A stretch of 64,000 nt of DNA from an uncultured Planctomycetia bacterium (GCA_964431835.1 CAYSKO010000005.1:52167-116166); one strand, 5' to 3'. Counted from the first letter of the stretch, positions 25,887 through 35,246 are shown. The notes: generated by a model not told the origin, from the sequence alone. Made by a program: numbers and translations.

Positions 25887-26741
25887 TCAGGGCTTCCGGA
25901 TGGTGACGACCCTGTTCCCCTTGAACGAGGGCACGAGGAGCTCATTTTTTTTGCGGTCGTAGGCGATATCCGCCGGCGAGGTAAGACCTTGCTGGTACAC
26001 CGAAAGCACGCCGCGGCCGTAGTTGGGCACGAGGTAGATCTCCCCCTTTTCAAAGCTCGAGACGTACAGGTTTCCTGCTGAATCGAAATCGATGCCGTCC
26101 AGCGTATGCAGCCCGCGCTTCAAGACATGCACCCGCCGTGAAGGGTCGATCTCGAGAATCCGCCCGGTTTCCCAGGTGACGGCCATGAGGTTCTTGGACT
26201 TCGGGTTGAAGAGGAGTCCGCTCGGGCTGCCGAGCTCCTGGCTCTCCAAGTACACGCTCGCCTTGTGGCCGTCCTTCGTGTCGATCTTGAAAATCCGGTT
26301 GGTCATGGTATCGCTTACGTAAAGCGCGCCCTGGGCGTCGGCCACGAGGTCGTTCAGGAAGCGCGCGCGGAACTTCGAAAGGTCTACGACCACGGAGGGC
26401 TTGCGCGTCTTCCGGTCGAAACCCTTCACCGTATCGACATCCGTCACGTACAGCGTGCGCCCCACGATCGCCATCCCCTTCGGCGCGTTCAGCGACAGCT
26501 CATCCTTGCGCCCGCCCATGAATTTCTGGATCACGATGCTGCCGCTCGAGCTGATCTTCGAGATGTAGCCGTTCCCGTCTTTTTCGTTCATCGTGCCGTT
26601 GGAATTGGAAACGTAATACGAGCCGTCTTCGGGATCGACGATGACGCTTTTGGGCGCCTCGAAATTGGAGAGCGAGAAAGCCGCCGCCGGCGACACGGCC
26701 GTCAGGACGAACGTTGAAAAAAGAAGCAAAAATCGTTTCAT
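25887..26741 (-). CDS. Secreted six-bladed beta-propeller protein (SMP-30/gluconolactonase/LRE- or NHL-like)
   Basis: Signal peptide MKRFLLLFSTFVLTAVSPAAA; repeated LYVTD/LYVSD blade motifs. Confidence 0.6.
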   Translation of the reverse strand: MKRFLLLFSTFVLTAVSPAAAFSLSNFEAPKSVIVDPEDGSYYVSNSNGTMNEKDGNGYISKISSSGSIVIQKFMGGRKDELSLNAPKGMAIVGRTLYVTDVDTVKGFDRKTRKPSVVVDLSKFRARFLNDLVADAQGALYVSDTMTNRIFKIDTKDGHKASVYLESQELGSPSGLLFNPKSKNLMAVTWETGRILEIDPSRRVHVLKRGLHTLDGIDFDSAGNLYVSSFEKGEIYLVPNYGRGVLSVYQQGLTSPADIAYDRKKNELLVPSFKGNRVVTIRKP

Positions 26742-26763
26742 GGTCCGATTATAGCACGCGCCG

Positions 26764-27942
26764 TCAGAGGGACGAGACCTCGAAGAGGAATCCTTTCAAA
26801 TAATACGTCTCGGGAACGAACGGGTCGATCGGATGATCGAGCGACTGCTTGAGGAAACGCAGGACCCGCAGGGATTTGCGCACGTCCATCGCCGCCGTGA
26901 GCGACGTGTGCATGAGCACCGCGTCGTCGACGTGGTAGGAGCAGGAGAATACCGCCACGCGCCCGCCCTCTTTTACGATCTTCATCGAGCGCAGAAGGAG
27001 TTCCTTGTAGCCCGTGATCGCGCCCTCCAAGGCGGCCTTCTTTTTTACGAAAGACGGCGGGTCAAGGATCACGAGATCGAAACGGGCATCCGCCTTGTCG
27101 AGGGCCTTCAGCTCGTCGAAGACGTTCGCGATCTTGAAACTCAGTTTTTCCTCGGAAATGCCGTTCCGCTTCCGGTTTTCTTCTGCGCGGCGGATCGCGT
27201 CCTCGCCGATGTCGATGCCTGTCGTCTTCCAGCCCGCCCGGGCCAGGTGCAGCCCGAACCCGCCCTCGTAACAGAACGCATCGAGCGCTTCACCCGGCTG
27301 CCCTTGAGCCAACAGTTCGCGGTTTTCCCGTTGATCGAGGTAATGGCCGGTCTTGTGCCCCGCTTCGAGACGAAGGCTGTAACGGATATCCCCTTCGACA
27401 ATCTCGATCTCCCCGCCGCACTCGCGGCGGATCCAGCCGGTCTTCTCCGGAAGGCCTTCGATCCGCCGAGACGACGAATCGCTTCGCTCGAAGATCCCGC
27501 GCGAGGGCATGATCTCGTCCAGAGCGTCAAGAATAAGCGGCCGGAGGCGCTCCATGCCGAACGTCAGGAACTGCACGACGAGCGCTTCGCCGTACTTGTC
27601 GACGATGAGGCCCGGAAGGCCGTCGGCTTCGCTCGAAACGGCCCTCCAGGAGTTCGTTCCACGCACGTTGCGGCGCCGGTAATCGGCCGCAGCGGCTAGA
27701 CGGCGCTGCACGAAGTCCGCGTCGATCGGTGTCTCGCGCCGGGAAAGGATCCGGACCGCGATTTCGGAAGAGGGGTTGTAATAACCGACGCCGGGCGGAC
27801 CCGCGTCGAAACGCACCTTCACGATCGAGCCCGGTTCCGGCGAACCCGCGACGGAGGCGATCTGGCTCTTGTAAATCCAGGGGTGGAACGGACGGTCTGC
27901 GGACGCGCCGCGTTTCAGGGTAACTTGGCCTTCGGTCTTCAT
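26764..27942 (-). CDS. rlmI: 23S rRNA m5C methyltransferase RlmI-like (PUA plus class I SAM methyltransferase)
   Basis: 392 aa; DLVILDPPSF motif IV, DAFCYEGGF motif I. Confidence 0.75.
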   Translation of the reverse strand: MKTEGQVTLKRGASADRPFHPWIYKSQIASVAGSPEPGSIVKVRFDAGPPGVGYYNPSSEIAVRILSRRETPIDADFVQRRLAAAADYRRRNVRGTNSWRAVSSEADGLPGLIVDKYGEALVVQFLTFGMERLRPLILDALDEIMPSRGIFERSDSSSRRIEGLPEKTGWIRRECGGEIEIVEGDIRYSLRLEAGHKTGHYLDQRENRELLAQGQPGEALDAFCYEGGFGLHLARAGWKTTGIDIGEDAIRRAEENRKRNGISEEKLSFKIANVFDELKALDKADARFDLVILDPPSFVKKKAALEGAITGYKELLLRSMKIVKEGGRVAVFSCSYHVDDAVLMHTSLTAAMDVRKSLRVLRFLKQSLDHPIDPFVPETYYLKGFLFEVSSL

Positions 27943-28415
27943 TTTTTCTCGGGATCCTTCAATTTGTCGAACGGACGGTTGAAACCCAGCGAACGAACCC
28001 GGTGGCGGGACGCCCGCTCGTCGCTTTCCTTGCCCCCTTCGGCGATCATCACCGCGAATTCGGCGGGTGCGAACACGCGTGCTCCGGCCCCGCGGGCGAT
28101 GGTCCGGATGGCTGAATCGCGCGTGACGACCACGGTCTTCGCGCGGCCGGCTTCCGTCTTCGAAAAAAGATACCGCTCGATATACGAGTCGGCATTCACC
28201 TTTTGGGAATAAACGGCCCGGAAAGAAGCGGTCCCAAAGGGCGTGAGCTCGTCGTCGGGGCCAATGCCGTCCAAAACGACGAGCACCGTCCGCTCGCCGC
28301 CGGATGCGAAGGAAGCGGCGGCCGTGAACAGGGTCTCGCGGGAAGCGTCACGCGCGCCGGAATGACGCCATTCGTACAGCACGTTATAGCCGTCGATGAG
28401 CCATTCTTCGGACAT
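27939..28415 (-). CDS. NYN/YacP-like (Rae1-type) domain protein
   Basis: N-terminal WLIDGYNVLY...LVVLDG. Confidence 0.55.
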   Translation of the reverse strand: MSEEWLIDGYNVLYEWRHSGARDASRETLFTAAASFASGGERTVLVVLDGIGPDDELTPFGTASFRAVYSQKVNADSYIERYLFSKTEAGRAKTVVVTRDSAIRTIARGAGARVFAPAEFAVMIAEGGKESDERASRHRVRSLGFNRPFDKLKDPEKK

Positions 28416-28502
28416 GACGAGAGAGCCTTAAGGAATGCCAGACGAGACCGTGATCGGTCTGCTCTTAAGCATAGAACGGGCAGGAAAAACCGGTCAACCT
28501 AT

Positions 28503-28763
28503 TTATTTTTCTTCCATTTGCTTCGTGAGATACGCGTCGAGCAGGTCCTTCTTCGAACGCCACCTGCCACCGATCTTGAAGCCCGGGAGAACACCCTTTT
28601 TCAGCCAGCGATACACCGTCATTTCATGGACGCCAAGGTATTTTGCGATCTCCTTGGTCGTCATGATCTGCGTGCGCTCGGGCTTGGCGTACAACCTGGG
28701 GTCCGCCCCGTTGTCGTTGCCGTTACCGTTGTTCATCATGATCGCTTCTCCGGTTAATTCCAT
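28503..28763 (-). CDS. Excisionase/MerR-superfamily HTH (HTH_17) small DNA-binding protein, paralog A
   Basis: TQIMTTKEIAKYLGVHEMTVYRWLKKGVLPGFKIGGRWRSKKDLLDAYL. Confidence 0.75.
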   Translation of the reverse strand: MELTGEAIMMNNGNGNDNGADPRLYAKPERTQIMTTKEIAKYLGVHEMTVYRWLKKGVLPGFKIGGRWRSKKDLLDAYLTKQMEEK

Positions 28764-28781
28764 TTCTTCAGAACTAAACGA

Positions 28782-28810
28782 AGTATAATATAATAATTAC
28801 TATTTGTCAA
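28782..28810 (-). promoter_or_regulatory. Candidate sigma70 promoter for HTH paralog A (TTGACA-17-TATACT on the minus strand)
   Basis: Plus-strand tgtcaa at 28805-28810 and agtata at 28782-28787, in an AT-rich island. Confidence 0.4.
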
Positions 28811-28867
28811 CTTACTTAAGCAATTTTTATCAATTATACATAAATGAATATAAACTTAATAAAACAT

Positions 28868-28897
28868 AAGCCCTTCAATTTGAAGGGCTTATGTTTT
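28868..28897. terminator. Bidirectional intrinsic terminator (AAGCCCTTCAA-t-TTGAAGGGCTT with T-runs on both sides)
   Basis: Perfect 11-bp inverted repeat followed by GTTTT on the plus strand and preceded by AAAACA. Confidence 0.6.
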
Positions 28898-28919
28898 CAT
28901 GCATTTTTGAGCCGTTCGA

Positions 28920-29684
28920 TCAATCGAAGAGACTGAGAACTTTCTTGGTCTGGTTCTCGACGGCCTGTGTGCCATCCGAAACGACACCCAGCCCCCCGGA
29001 TACGGCTCCGAGAGCGCCGTCTTTAAAAATCCCGACGTCGAGACCCGCCAGGCGTGAAAGCGTGGTGCGGGTCAGAGCCTCGAACATGATGATCCGGACG
29101 ATCGCGGTGGGGTTGTCGATGTTCGTGTAGACGCGGTCCTTGATGTTTACGTCGAACACCTGCACATTCGGCTCTTTGCCCCCCGAAGAGTAGTCCTTGT
29201 AAACCACGCGGCCGATGGTGAGCGAGAGCTTATCGATTTGAAGCTTCGTCTTCTTGCCCGCCGTTTTCTTCGTTTCAGCGGCCCGCTCCTTGTCGGCCTG
29301 CTTCTCCTCCGGCGTGGGCTTGACGGCGTCGATGTTGAGTTTGCCCTCCCGATTTTTCACGACGATGACTTCTTTTAGGTTCAGGCTCGCCTCCTCGAAG
29401 TGGGCGATTCCCTTGAAGAGATCCATCGGTTCGACGTCGATCTTCACCTGGGGCGCGTGAATCATGAGCTTCTCTGGAAAACCGCGCGGATTCTCGACAC
29501 GCAGATCGCGGAGATCGATGGAGGAAGCCAGGAACGAGAAGCGCGTGCTCCCGATTTTTACGGGTACCTTGGCGGCTTTGGACGCACCCGCGCAGATGGC
29601 GGCCTGAACGATCATGTTCTTGGCGACGTTGAGAACGACGAGCACGACGACGATCGCCACCACGACTTTGAGCTTCCCATTCAT
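28920..29684 (-). CDS. Membrane-anchored hypothetical protein (possibly AsmA/DUF748-like)
   Basis: Start moved to ATG 29684 (MNGKLKVVVAIVVVLVVL...), which follows a strong SD (AAAGGAGG). The upstream 127 codons of the track ORF are Arg/Gly-rich junk. Confidence 0.6.
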   Translation of the reverse strand: MNGKLKVVVAIVVVLVVLNVAKNMIVQAAICAGASKAAKVPVKIGSTRFSFLASSIDLRDLRVENPRGFPEKLMIHAPQVKIDVEPMDLFKGIAHFEEASLNLKEVIVVKNREGKLNIDAVKPTPEEKQADKERAAETKKTAGKKTKLQIDKLSLTIGRVVYKDYSSGGKEPNVQVFDVNIKDRVYTNIDNPTAIVRIIMFEALTRTTLSRLAGLDVGIFKDGALGAVSGGLGVVSDGTQAVENQTKKVLSLFD

Positions 29685-29713
29685 ACGAGCCTCCTTTATC
29701 GGTCGATTCGGTG

Positions 29714-30763
29714 TCAGCGGAAAAGCGCGTTCGCGATCGCTCCCAGAACCATCACCTGCGGGACGGCGATCGCGGGAAGCCAGAGCGCCGCACGGCGTCC
29801 GACGTTCCCCCATAAAAGTGAAATTTCCGTGTAATCGGTCACGACCCCGGCCATCAAAAAAATGAACGCATTCCCGAACGCCAGAGTCTGACGGTATAGC
29901 TCGAAAGCGAACGGCGCCGTGCCCTCCGAGCACACTTCGACGACGGTGGCTAGGCCCAGCGTCGCGGCCATCCCCCCCGGTGTGGGACCCATGTAACGCC
30001 GGAAGAATTCCGCCGGCACGAACGTCGCTGCGAGTCCCGAAAACGCCACGCCCACAAAAATCCACGGCAGCGTCATCGCCCCCAGCGCGGTGGAGCCTTT
30101 AAGAATCGCGAGCGCGTCGGCTCGCAGACGGCCGGGCGTCGGCCGGTATTCCTGGAACCTGCGCCGCAGATCGCCCGTTACGGAAAAACCCTCCGCGACG
30201 GAGAACGTTTGCGGGTTCGCCTCCACCCATCCGCGGCGCTCGAGTCCCTGATAGAGAACGCCCGTCGTCGTCGCCACCATGAGCGCGCCTCCTAGAACGA
30301 AGAATGCTTTGGCGCCGAAAAGGCCGAAAAGAAGGAGCGTGATCGGGAGATTCGCCCACGGGCTCGCCAAAAGGAACGCGATCACTACGGGCACCGAAGC
30401 GCCCTTCCTGTAGAGCTGGATCGCGAGCGCAAGGATGCCATGACTACAGGCGCTCATCAACGTCCCTAGGAGGACGGCGGACAGGATCGTGCGCTTTTTT
30501 TGGCCTGTCAGGAGCCTCGAAATATACTCCTTGGGCACGTAACGGTCCATCGCGCCGCCGAGAAGAAGCCCCAAAGCCACGGGGCCGGCGATCTCTCGAA
30601 GGTACATCCCCGCGAACTCCCGGAAGGGCGCGAGCCTGGGCCAGGTGTAGGAGACGGCCCAGAGGGTTGCGAAAGCGGCGGCGGCGGCGGCCAAAGACTT
30701 CGGAAACCGGGGACCGACCGCGGGGCCGCAGCAGCTCGTGGAATCGACGGGACGAGTGGGCAT
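29714..30763 (-). CDS. Predicted permease, DUF318/YraQ/ArsP-like family
   Basis: 349-aa polytopic membrane protein. Confidence 0.5.
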   Translation of the reverse strand: MPTRPVDSTSCCGPAVGPRFPKSLAAAAAAFATLWAVSYTWPRLAPFREFAGMYLREIAGPVALGLLLGGAMDRYVPKEYISRLLTGQKKRTILSAVLLGTLMSACSHGILALAIQLYRKGASVPVVIAFLLASPWANLPITLLLFGLFGAKAFFVLGGALMVATTTGVLYQGLERRGWVEANPQTFSVAEGFSVTGDLRRRFQEYRPTPGRLRADALAILKGSTALGAMTLPWIFVGVAFSGLAATFVPAEFFRRYMGPTPGGMAATLGLATVVEVCSEGTAPFAFELYRQTLAFGNAFIFLMAGVVTDYTEISLLWGNVGRRAALWLPAIAVPQVMVLGAIANALFR

Positions 30764-30805
30764 GGGATCATTTTACTCCCCTACGCCCGGCGGTTCAACC
30801 GCCGT

Positions 30806-31216
30806 TCACTCTTCTTCGTAACGATCGTACGCGACGATTTCGGTGACGGTCTCGCGGCCGTCTCGGCCGGGCTCCGTGTAAAGGTCGACGTGGTCGCCAA
30901 CCTGAAGCGCGGAGAACTCGAGGTCGTGATTCAGCCGGTTCGTCACGTAGACGTTTTCCGGATCCGCGCGGAAGGAGAGTTTGGATTCGGCGTCGGTCTC
31001 CTCATCGTAGACCGCGACGCCCAGCCAACCCCCCGCATGGTCGACTAGAAGAACGACTCCGTCGTAATATTCCTTGGATTCTTTAACCGGCGCGGGAATC
31101 GGCAACGTTTCGCGGGCGACGGGCTTGGGGGCCGGAGCGGATGCGGGAGCATCCTCCGCCCCGGCGCTGGACGCGACAAGGAGAGCGGCCGACAGGCTAA
31201 TAAGCCAGCGCTTCAT
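30806..31216 (-). CDS. Small secreted acidic protein, hypothetical
   Basis: Signal peptide MKRWLISLSAALLVASSAGA. Confidence 0.5.
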   Translation of the reverse strand: MKRWLISLSAALLVASSAGAEDAPASAPAPKPVARETLPIPAPVKESKEYYDGVVLLVDHAGGWLGVAVYDEETDAESKLSFRADPENVYVTNRLNHDLEFSALQVGDHVDLYTEPGRDGRETVTEIVAYDRYEEE

Positions 31217-31565
31217 CGACCTTTACTTTGAGATTCTCCAGCGATAGAGCGCCCTTTTCGAAGAACGCGTAATAACCGAGACCCCTAAAGCGGTCCTCGA
31301 CGTCCTCCTCGGTGCATCCGGAGATGACGATGGCCTTCACCCCCGCTTCGATCCCTTGGAGGACCGGCAGGAACTTGTCGCCGTTGACGATCGGCATGTT
31401 GAAATCCAGGAGCACCACCGGCGGACGCTGGCGGCGGAAAGAAACGATCGCGTCCTCGAGATTATTGGCCACGCTCACTTCGTATCCGTGGGTCTTGAAA
31501 TATTCGACGATCATCTGGGAGAACGCCAGATCGTCGTCGATGATCAAAAGCTTCTTTTTTAACAT
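31197..31565 (-). CDS. Stand-alone CheY-like response regulator receiver
   Basis: LLIIDDD ... LLDFNMP ... IVISG. Confidence 0.8.
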   Translation of the reverse strand: MLKKKLLIIDDDLAFSQMIVEYFKTHGYEVSVANNLEDAIVSFRRQRPPVVLLDFNMPIVNGDKFLPVLQGIEAGVKAIVISGCTEEDVEDRFRGLGYYAFFEKGALSLENLKVKVDEALAY

Positions 31566-31566
31566 T

Positions 31567-32478
31567 TCAAATGTCCTCGTGATCGTGCGAGACGGGTTCG
31601 ATGTGAACGATCACATCGTTCACGCCCGGGATCTCGCGCCGGATTTCGCGTTCGATGATGTTAGACAAGCGGTGCGCCGCTTGGACGGTCATGCCGTCGT
31701 CCACCACGACATGAAGATCGACGTAGGCCTCTTCCTTCCGGCCGCGCGCGCGGATCTCATGGCAGTCGCGCACCCCCTCCACCCGGCGGACGATCGCGTC
31801 GATCGCCTCGGTCTGAATCGGCGCCTTGTCGAGAAGCACGTCGGAGCTCGTCTTTAGGAGCCGGAGCGCGATCGTGACAATGATCGTCGCGATGACGAAC
31901 GCCAGGATGGCGTCGATTTTGGGGAAACCCAGCCGCAGTCCAGCCAGACCCGCCAATACCGACACCGTCACGAAGACGTCCGAAGCGGTGTGCCAGGCGT
32001 CCGCTCTTAAAAGCTCGCTTTTCAGCTCGTCGGCTTTGCGGCGCTCGTACCACGCCACGAACAGATTAACGACGAGCGTGGCGCCCATGATCGCGAAGCT
32101 GGCGCCGGTGACGCGCGGCGAGCGGTCTTCCATAAAAGCCGAAATCGCGTCCCGGTAGATGCCGAAAGAAACGGCGAACAACAGGAACGCGATGATCGAT
32201 GACGCGAACGTCTCGTATTTCTGGTGACCGTAATGGTGGTCGAAATCGGCCGGATGGCGCGCGAGCGAAATTCCTACTAGGCCGATCACGTTCGAGGCAC
32301 CGTCGGAGAAGGAATGCAGGCCGTCGGCGAAGATCGCGGAACTGTGAATCTTGTAGCCCAGTAATACCTTAAGGAGCGCCACCGTCCAGTTGAGCACGAG
32401 GACCGTCCAAAGAACTCGGAGGATCTCCCGGTGTCGTTCGGGCCGCGGCGCAATCCGTGGATCCGCCAAAGCGGCCAT
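31567..32478 (-). CDS. Cation diffusion facilitator family metal efflux transporter
   Basis: HSFSDGASN, HHYGHQ, HTASDVFVTVSVL; cytoplasmic C-terminal domain. Confidence 0.8.
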   Translation of the reverse strand: MAALADPRIAPRPERHREILRVLWTVLVLNWTVALLKVLLGYKIHSSAIFADGLHSFSDGASNVIGLVGISLARHPADFDHHYGHQKYETFASSIIAFLLFAVSFGIYRDAISAFMEDRSPRVTGASFAIMGATLVVNLFVAWYERRKADELKSELLRADAWHTASDVFVTVSVLAGLAGLRLGFPKIDAILAFVIATIIVTIALRLLKTSSDVLLDKAPIQTEAIDAIVRRVEGVRDCHEIRARGRKEEAYVDLHVVVDDGMTVQAAHRLSNIIEREIRREIPGVNDVIVHIEPVSHDHEDI

Positions 32479-32481
32479 CGC

Positions 32482-32703
32482 TTAAGAAGTGGTCTTCCTC
32501 TTCTCGCCGCCCCTGTCGATCTCTTTCAGGAGGTAGTTGTCGAGGACTTCCTTCTTGGTCCGCCACTGTCCGCCGACCTTGAAGCCCGGGAGCTTCTTTT
32601 CTTTGAGAAGGCGGTATACGGTCATGGAATGCACCCCGAGGTACTTGGCGACTTCCTTCAAGGTCATGATCTGTGTGCGCTGAGGTCTTTTTTCGTCTGG
32701 CAT
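32482..32703 (-). CDS. Excisionase/MerR-superfamily HTH (HTH_17) small DNA-binding protein, paralog B
   Basis: TQIMTLKEVAKYLGVHSMTVYRLLKEKKLPGFKVGGQWRTKKEVLDNYL. Confidence 0.75.
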   Translation of the reverse strand: MPDEKRPQRTQIMTLKEVAKYLGVHSMTVYRLLKEKKLPGFKVGGQWRTKKEVLDNYLLKEIDRGGEKRKTTS

Positions 32704-32776
32704 GAGTCGTCCTTTTCGCGTTTTTTGTCCTGCGGAAAAAATTCCGGCTCGCGTCAGGCGCGAACCGATGAAAACG

Positions 32777-32805
32777 ATTGTATCAGAGCCTTTACCACTT
32801 TACAA
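32777..32805 (-). promoter_or_regulatory. Candidate sigma70 promoter for HTH paralog B (TTGTAA-17-TACAAT on the minus strand)
   Basis: Plus-strand ttacaa at 32800-32805 and attgta at 32777-32782. Confidence 0.5.
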
Positions 32806-32833
32806 CTTCTTTTATCAAAAATAACTATTCTTC

Positions 32834-33262
32834 TTAGGAGGTTTTTTTGGCATCGACGGCGACGCCGAGCTTCCGGATCCCGGCCTGCTTCGCCGTGTCG
32901 AGCACCTTCACGAGGGCCTCCACCGAGGCGGACTTGTCGGCTTTCACCACGAGACCCGCGGATTTAAGCGTCTGGGCGCGGGAGGCGAATTCTTTTTTGA
33001 GGGCGCTCGCGGCCACGCGCCGGCCCCCTACGAAAACCTCGTTCCCCGAGGTGACGAAAACGACCAGTGGCTCCTCCTCTTTCACGCCTGGCGTGGCCGC
33101 AGACTCCCCCGCCGGCAGGCTGACGCGGATCGCGTCCCTCGTTCCCTTCACCATCGAAAGCGACACCATGACGAACGTTGCCAGAAGAAAAAAGACGATA
33201 TCGATGAGCGGGACGATCTCGATACGCGGCTTCCGGCGTTTCTTGGCGGAGGAAAGGTCCAC
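32834..33262 (-). CDS. exbD: Biopolymer transport protein ExbD/TolR
   Basis: EIVPLIDIVFFLLATFVMVS. Confidence 0.8.
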   Translation of the reverse strand: MDLSSAKKRRKPRIEIVPLIDIVFFLLATFVMVSLSMVKGTRDAIRVSLPAGESAATPGVKEEEPLVVFVTSGNEVFVGGRRVAASALKKEFASRAQTLKSAGLVVKADKSASVEALVKVLDTAKQAGIRKLGVAVDAKKTS

Positions 33263-33263
33263 G

Positions 33264-33860
33264 TCAGGCCTTGAGAAGAAGCTCGAGGCGAGTTCCCGCG
33301 TCTTCCAAGTCGCGGCGCGCCTTCTCGAAGCGCGTGTTCAGGAAATTGAGCGGAACAAGCGCGAGAATCGCGATACCCAAGCCGAAGGCCGTCGCGATGA
33401 GGGCTTCGGCGATGCCGCCCGTGATCACGGCGGGCGCGTCGAGCTCCCGGCCGCCGAGGAGGCCGAAGGAGCGGATCATGCCCGTCACCGTGCCCAGAAG
33501 ACCCAGAAGCGGGGCGAGCGTGACGATCGTGTCGAGCGTCGAGAGGCCACGGTCGAAGCGGTCGAGCTCCCGTTTGGCCGCATGGGCCAGCGCCGCGGGT
33601 GCGGCGCTCTTCGGCTGGGAGAGGCCCTGGGCCAGCGCGCGCGCCACGAAATCGCGGCTCTCGGCCGCCTTGCGCGAGGCTTCCTGGACGTTTCCGTCCG
33701 CCACATCCTTCAGGATCGCGTCGACCGTCTGCGGGTCGCGGCGCAGGCCTTCCGACACGTAGAAAAAAAGTCTCTCGAGCACGATGGCCAGCGACACCAC
33801 GGATGCCGCGAAGAGCGGCCACATAATCGGTCCGCCTTTGGAAAAGATCTCGGGTATCAA
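33264..33860 (-). CDS. exbB: Biopolymer transport protein ExbB/TolQ (MotA family)
   Basis: TTG start at 33860 follows AGGAGG and overlaps the cca stop (TTGA). The track ORF extends upstream into Arg-rich junk. Confidence 0.7.
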   Translation of the reverse strand: MIPEIFSKGGPIMWPLFAASVVSLAIVLERLFFYVSEGLRRDPQTVDAILKDVADGNVQEASRKAAESRDFVARALAQGLSQPKSAAPAALAHAAKRELDRFDRGLSTLDTIVTLAPLLGLLGTVTGMIRSFGLLGGRELDAPAVITGGIAEALIATAFGLGIAILALVPLNFLNTRFEKARRDLEDAGTRLELLLKA

Positions 33861-35185
33861 CGCATTCCCTCCTGTTTGGGCGGTTCGAGGCGGCGCACCC
33901 ACGCAGTCGCCTCTTCCTTCGTGTTCAATTTGCCTTCGAGCTGCGCTTCCTCGACCGCGCGCAGAATGCGCCCGATCTCGGGTCCCTCGGGAACTCCCAG
34001 TGCCATTACGTCTCGGCCGCTCAAGAGCGGGGCGGGCCGGAGAGCCTCCGCGCCGAACGCCTTCATCTTCTTTTTTAAAAAACGCCAATTCGAAAGATCC
34101 CCGTGGCTGGCCAGGCAGTCGATCCGGTGCTGTTCGAGCTCGACCTCGAAGGTGTCCCGGCGGAGAAAGCGCTTGAGCGTCGAGTCGCGCATCTCCTTCA
34201 CGTCCTTAAAACGCATATGGCCCTCGACGCAGGCCACGATCCGGTCCTTGTCTCCGTTTGGGAAGCGCAGACGCTCGAGAATCTTCTCCGTGAGGCGCGC
34301 GCCCACGCGGTCGTGGCCGTCGAAGCGGATCCGCTCGGCCCGCCGGAACGTCGGCGGTTTTCCCACGTCGTGGAGGAGGCACCCGAACGCGAGATCGACC
34401 GGCGCGCGGTCCAGCTGCTCGAGAAGCATCCGCGTGTGGACGAACACGTCCCCTTCCGGATGAAACTGCTTAGGCTGTTTCACCCCTTTCATCGCGGCCA
34501 CCTCGGGCAGCACTTCGACGAGAAGGCCGCTCTTGTCGAGGAGGGTAAGGGCGGCTGCCGGATCGGGCCCGGTGAACATCTTCACGAGTTCGTCGCGCAC
34601 GCGCTCGTGGCTCACGACCCGGATTTTCTTCGCGTGCTTTTTGATGGAACGGAAGGTCTTGGGTTCGATCTTGAAACCCAGCACACACGCGAAACGCACC
34701 GCGCGGAGCATGCGGAGCTTGTCTTCCGAGAAACGGCGCTCCGGGTCGCCGATCGCGCGGATCACCCGGCGCTTCAGGTCGTCGCGACCACCCACCCAGT
34801 CGAGCACCTTCTTCGAAAGAGGGTCGTAGAAAAGGCCGTTCACGGTGAAGTCCCGTCGCAGCGCGTCTTCCTTGGCGTCCGTGAAACGCACGCTCGTCGG
34901 ACGACGGCCGTCGACGTAGCCCTTGTCCGCGCGGAAGGTCGCGACTTCGAAAGGCTTACCGTCGCGGATGACCACGGTCACGCCGAACTGTGCGCCGACG
35001 CCGACCGTCCGGGGGAAGATCGCCGAGATGCGCTCGGGCGTCGCGTCGGTCGCGACATCAAAATCCTTCGGTTTTTTCTTAAGGAGAAGATCGCGCACGG
35101 AGCCGCCCACGAAATAGGCCTCGTGACCCTTTTCACGCAGCGTCCGGAGGATGTCCAGCGCCAACGCCTGGTTGTCGTCGCTCAT
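33857..35185 (-). CDS. cca: CCA-adding tRNA nucleotidyltransferase with HD domain
   Basis: GGSVRDLLL...DFDVAT head domain and HD-domain motifs LLHDVGK. Confidence 0.85.
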   Translation of the reverse strand: MSDDNQALALDILRTLREKGHEAYFVGGSVRDLLLKKKPKDFDVATDATPERISAIFPRTVGVGAQFGVTVVIRDGKPFEVATFRADKGYVDGRRPTSVRFTDAKEDALRRDFTVNGLFYDPLSKKVLDWVGGRDDLKRRVIRAIGDPERRFSEDKLRMLRAVRFACVLGFKIEPKTFRSIKKHAKKIRVVSHERVRDELVKMFTGPDPAAALTLLDKSGLLVEVLPEVAAMKGVKQPKQFHPEGDVFVHTRMLLEQLDRAPVDLAFGCLLHDVGKPPTFRRAERIRFDGHDRVGARLTEKILERLRFPNGDKDRIVACVEGHMRFKDVKEMRDSTLKRFLRRDTFEVELEQHRIDCLASHGDLSNWRFLKKKMKAFGAEALRPAPLLSGRDVMALGVPEGPEIGRILRAVEEAQLEGKLNTKEEATAWVRRLEPPKQEGMR

Positions 35186-35194
35186 AATTGAAAC

Positions 35195-35222
35195 GCCCCG
35201 TTAGAGGGGTCTCTAACGGGGC
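35195..35222. terminator. Perfect 12-bp hairpin GCCCCGTTAGAG-gggt-CTCTAACGGGGC, probably the peroxiredoxin terminator
   Basis: Lies 8 nt upstream of the cca ATG, and cca has no SD. Confidence 0.55.
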
Positions 35223-35246
35223 GCATTGGTGAAGTGATGGATTCGA

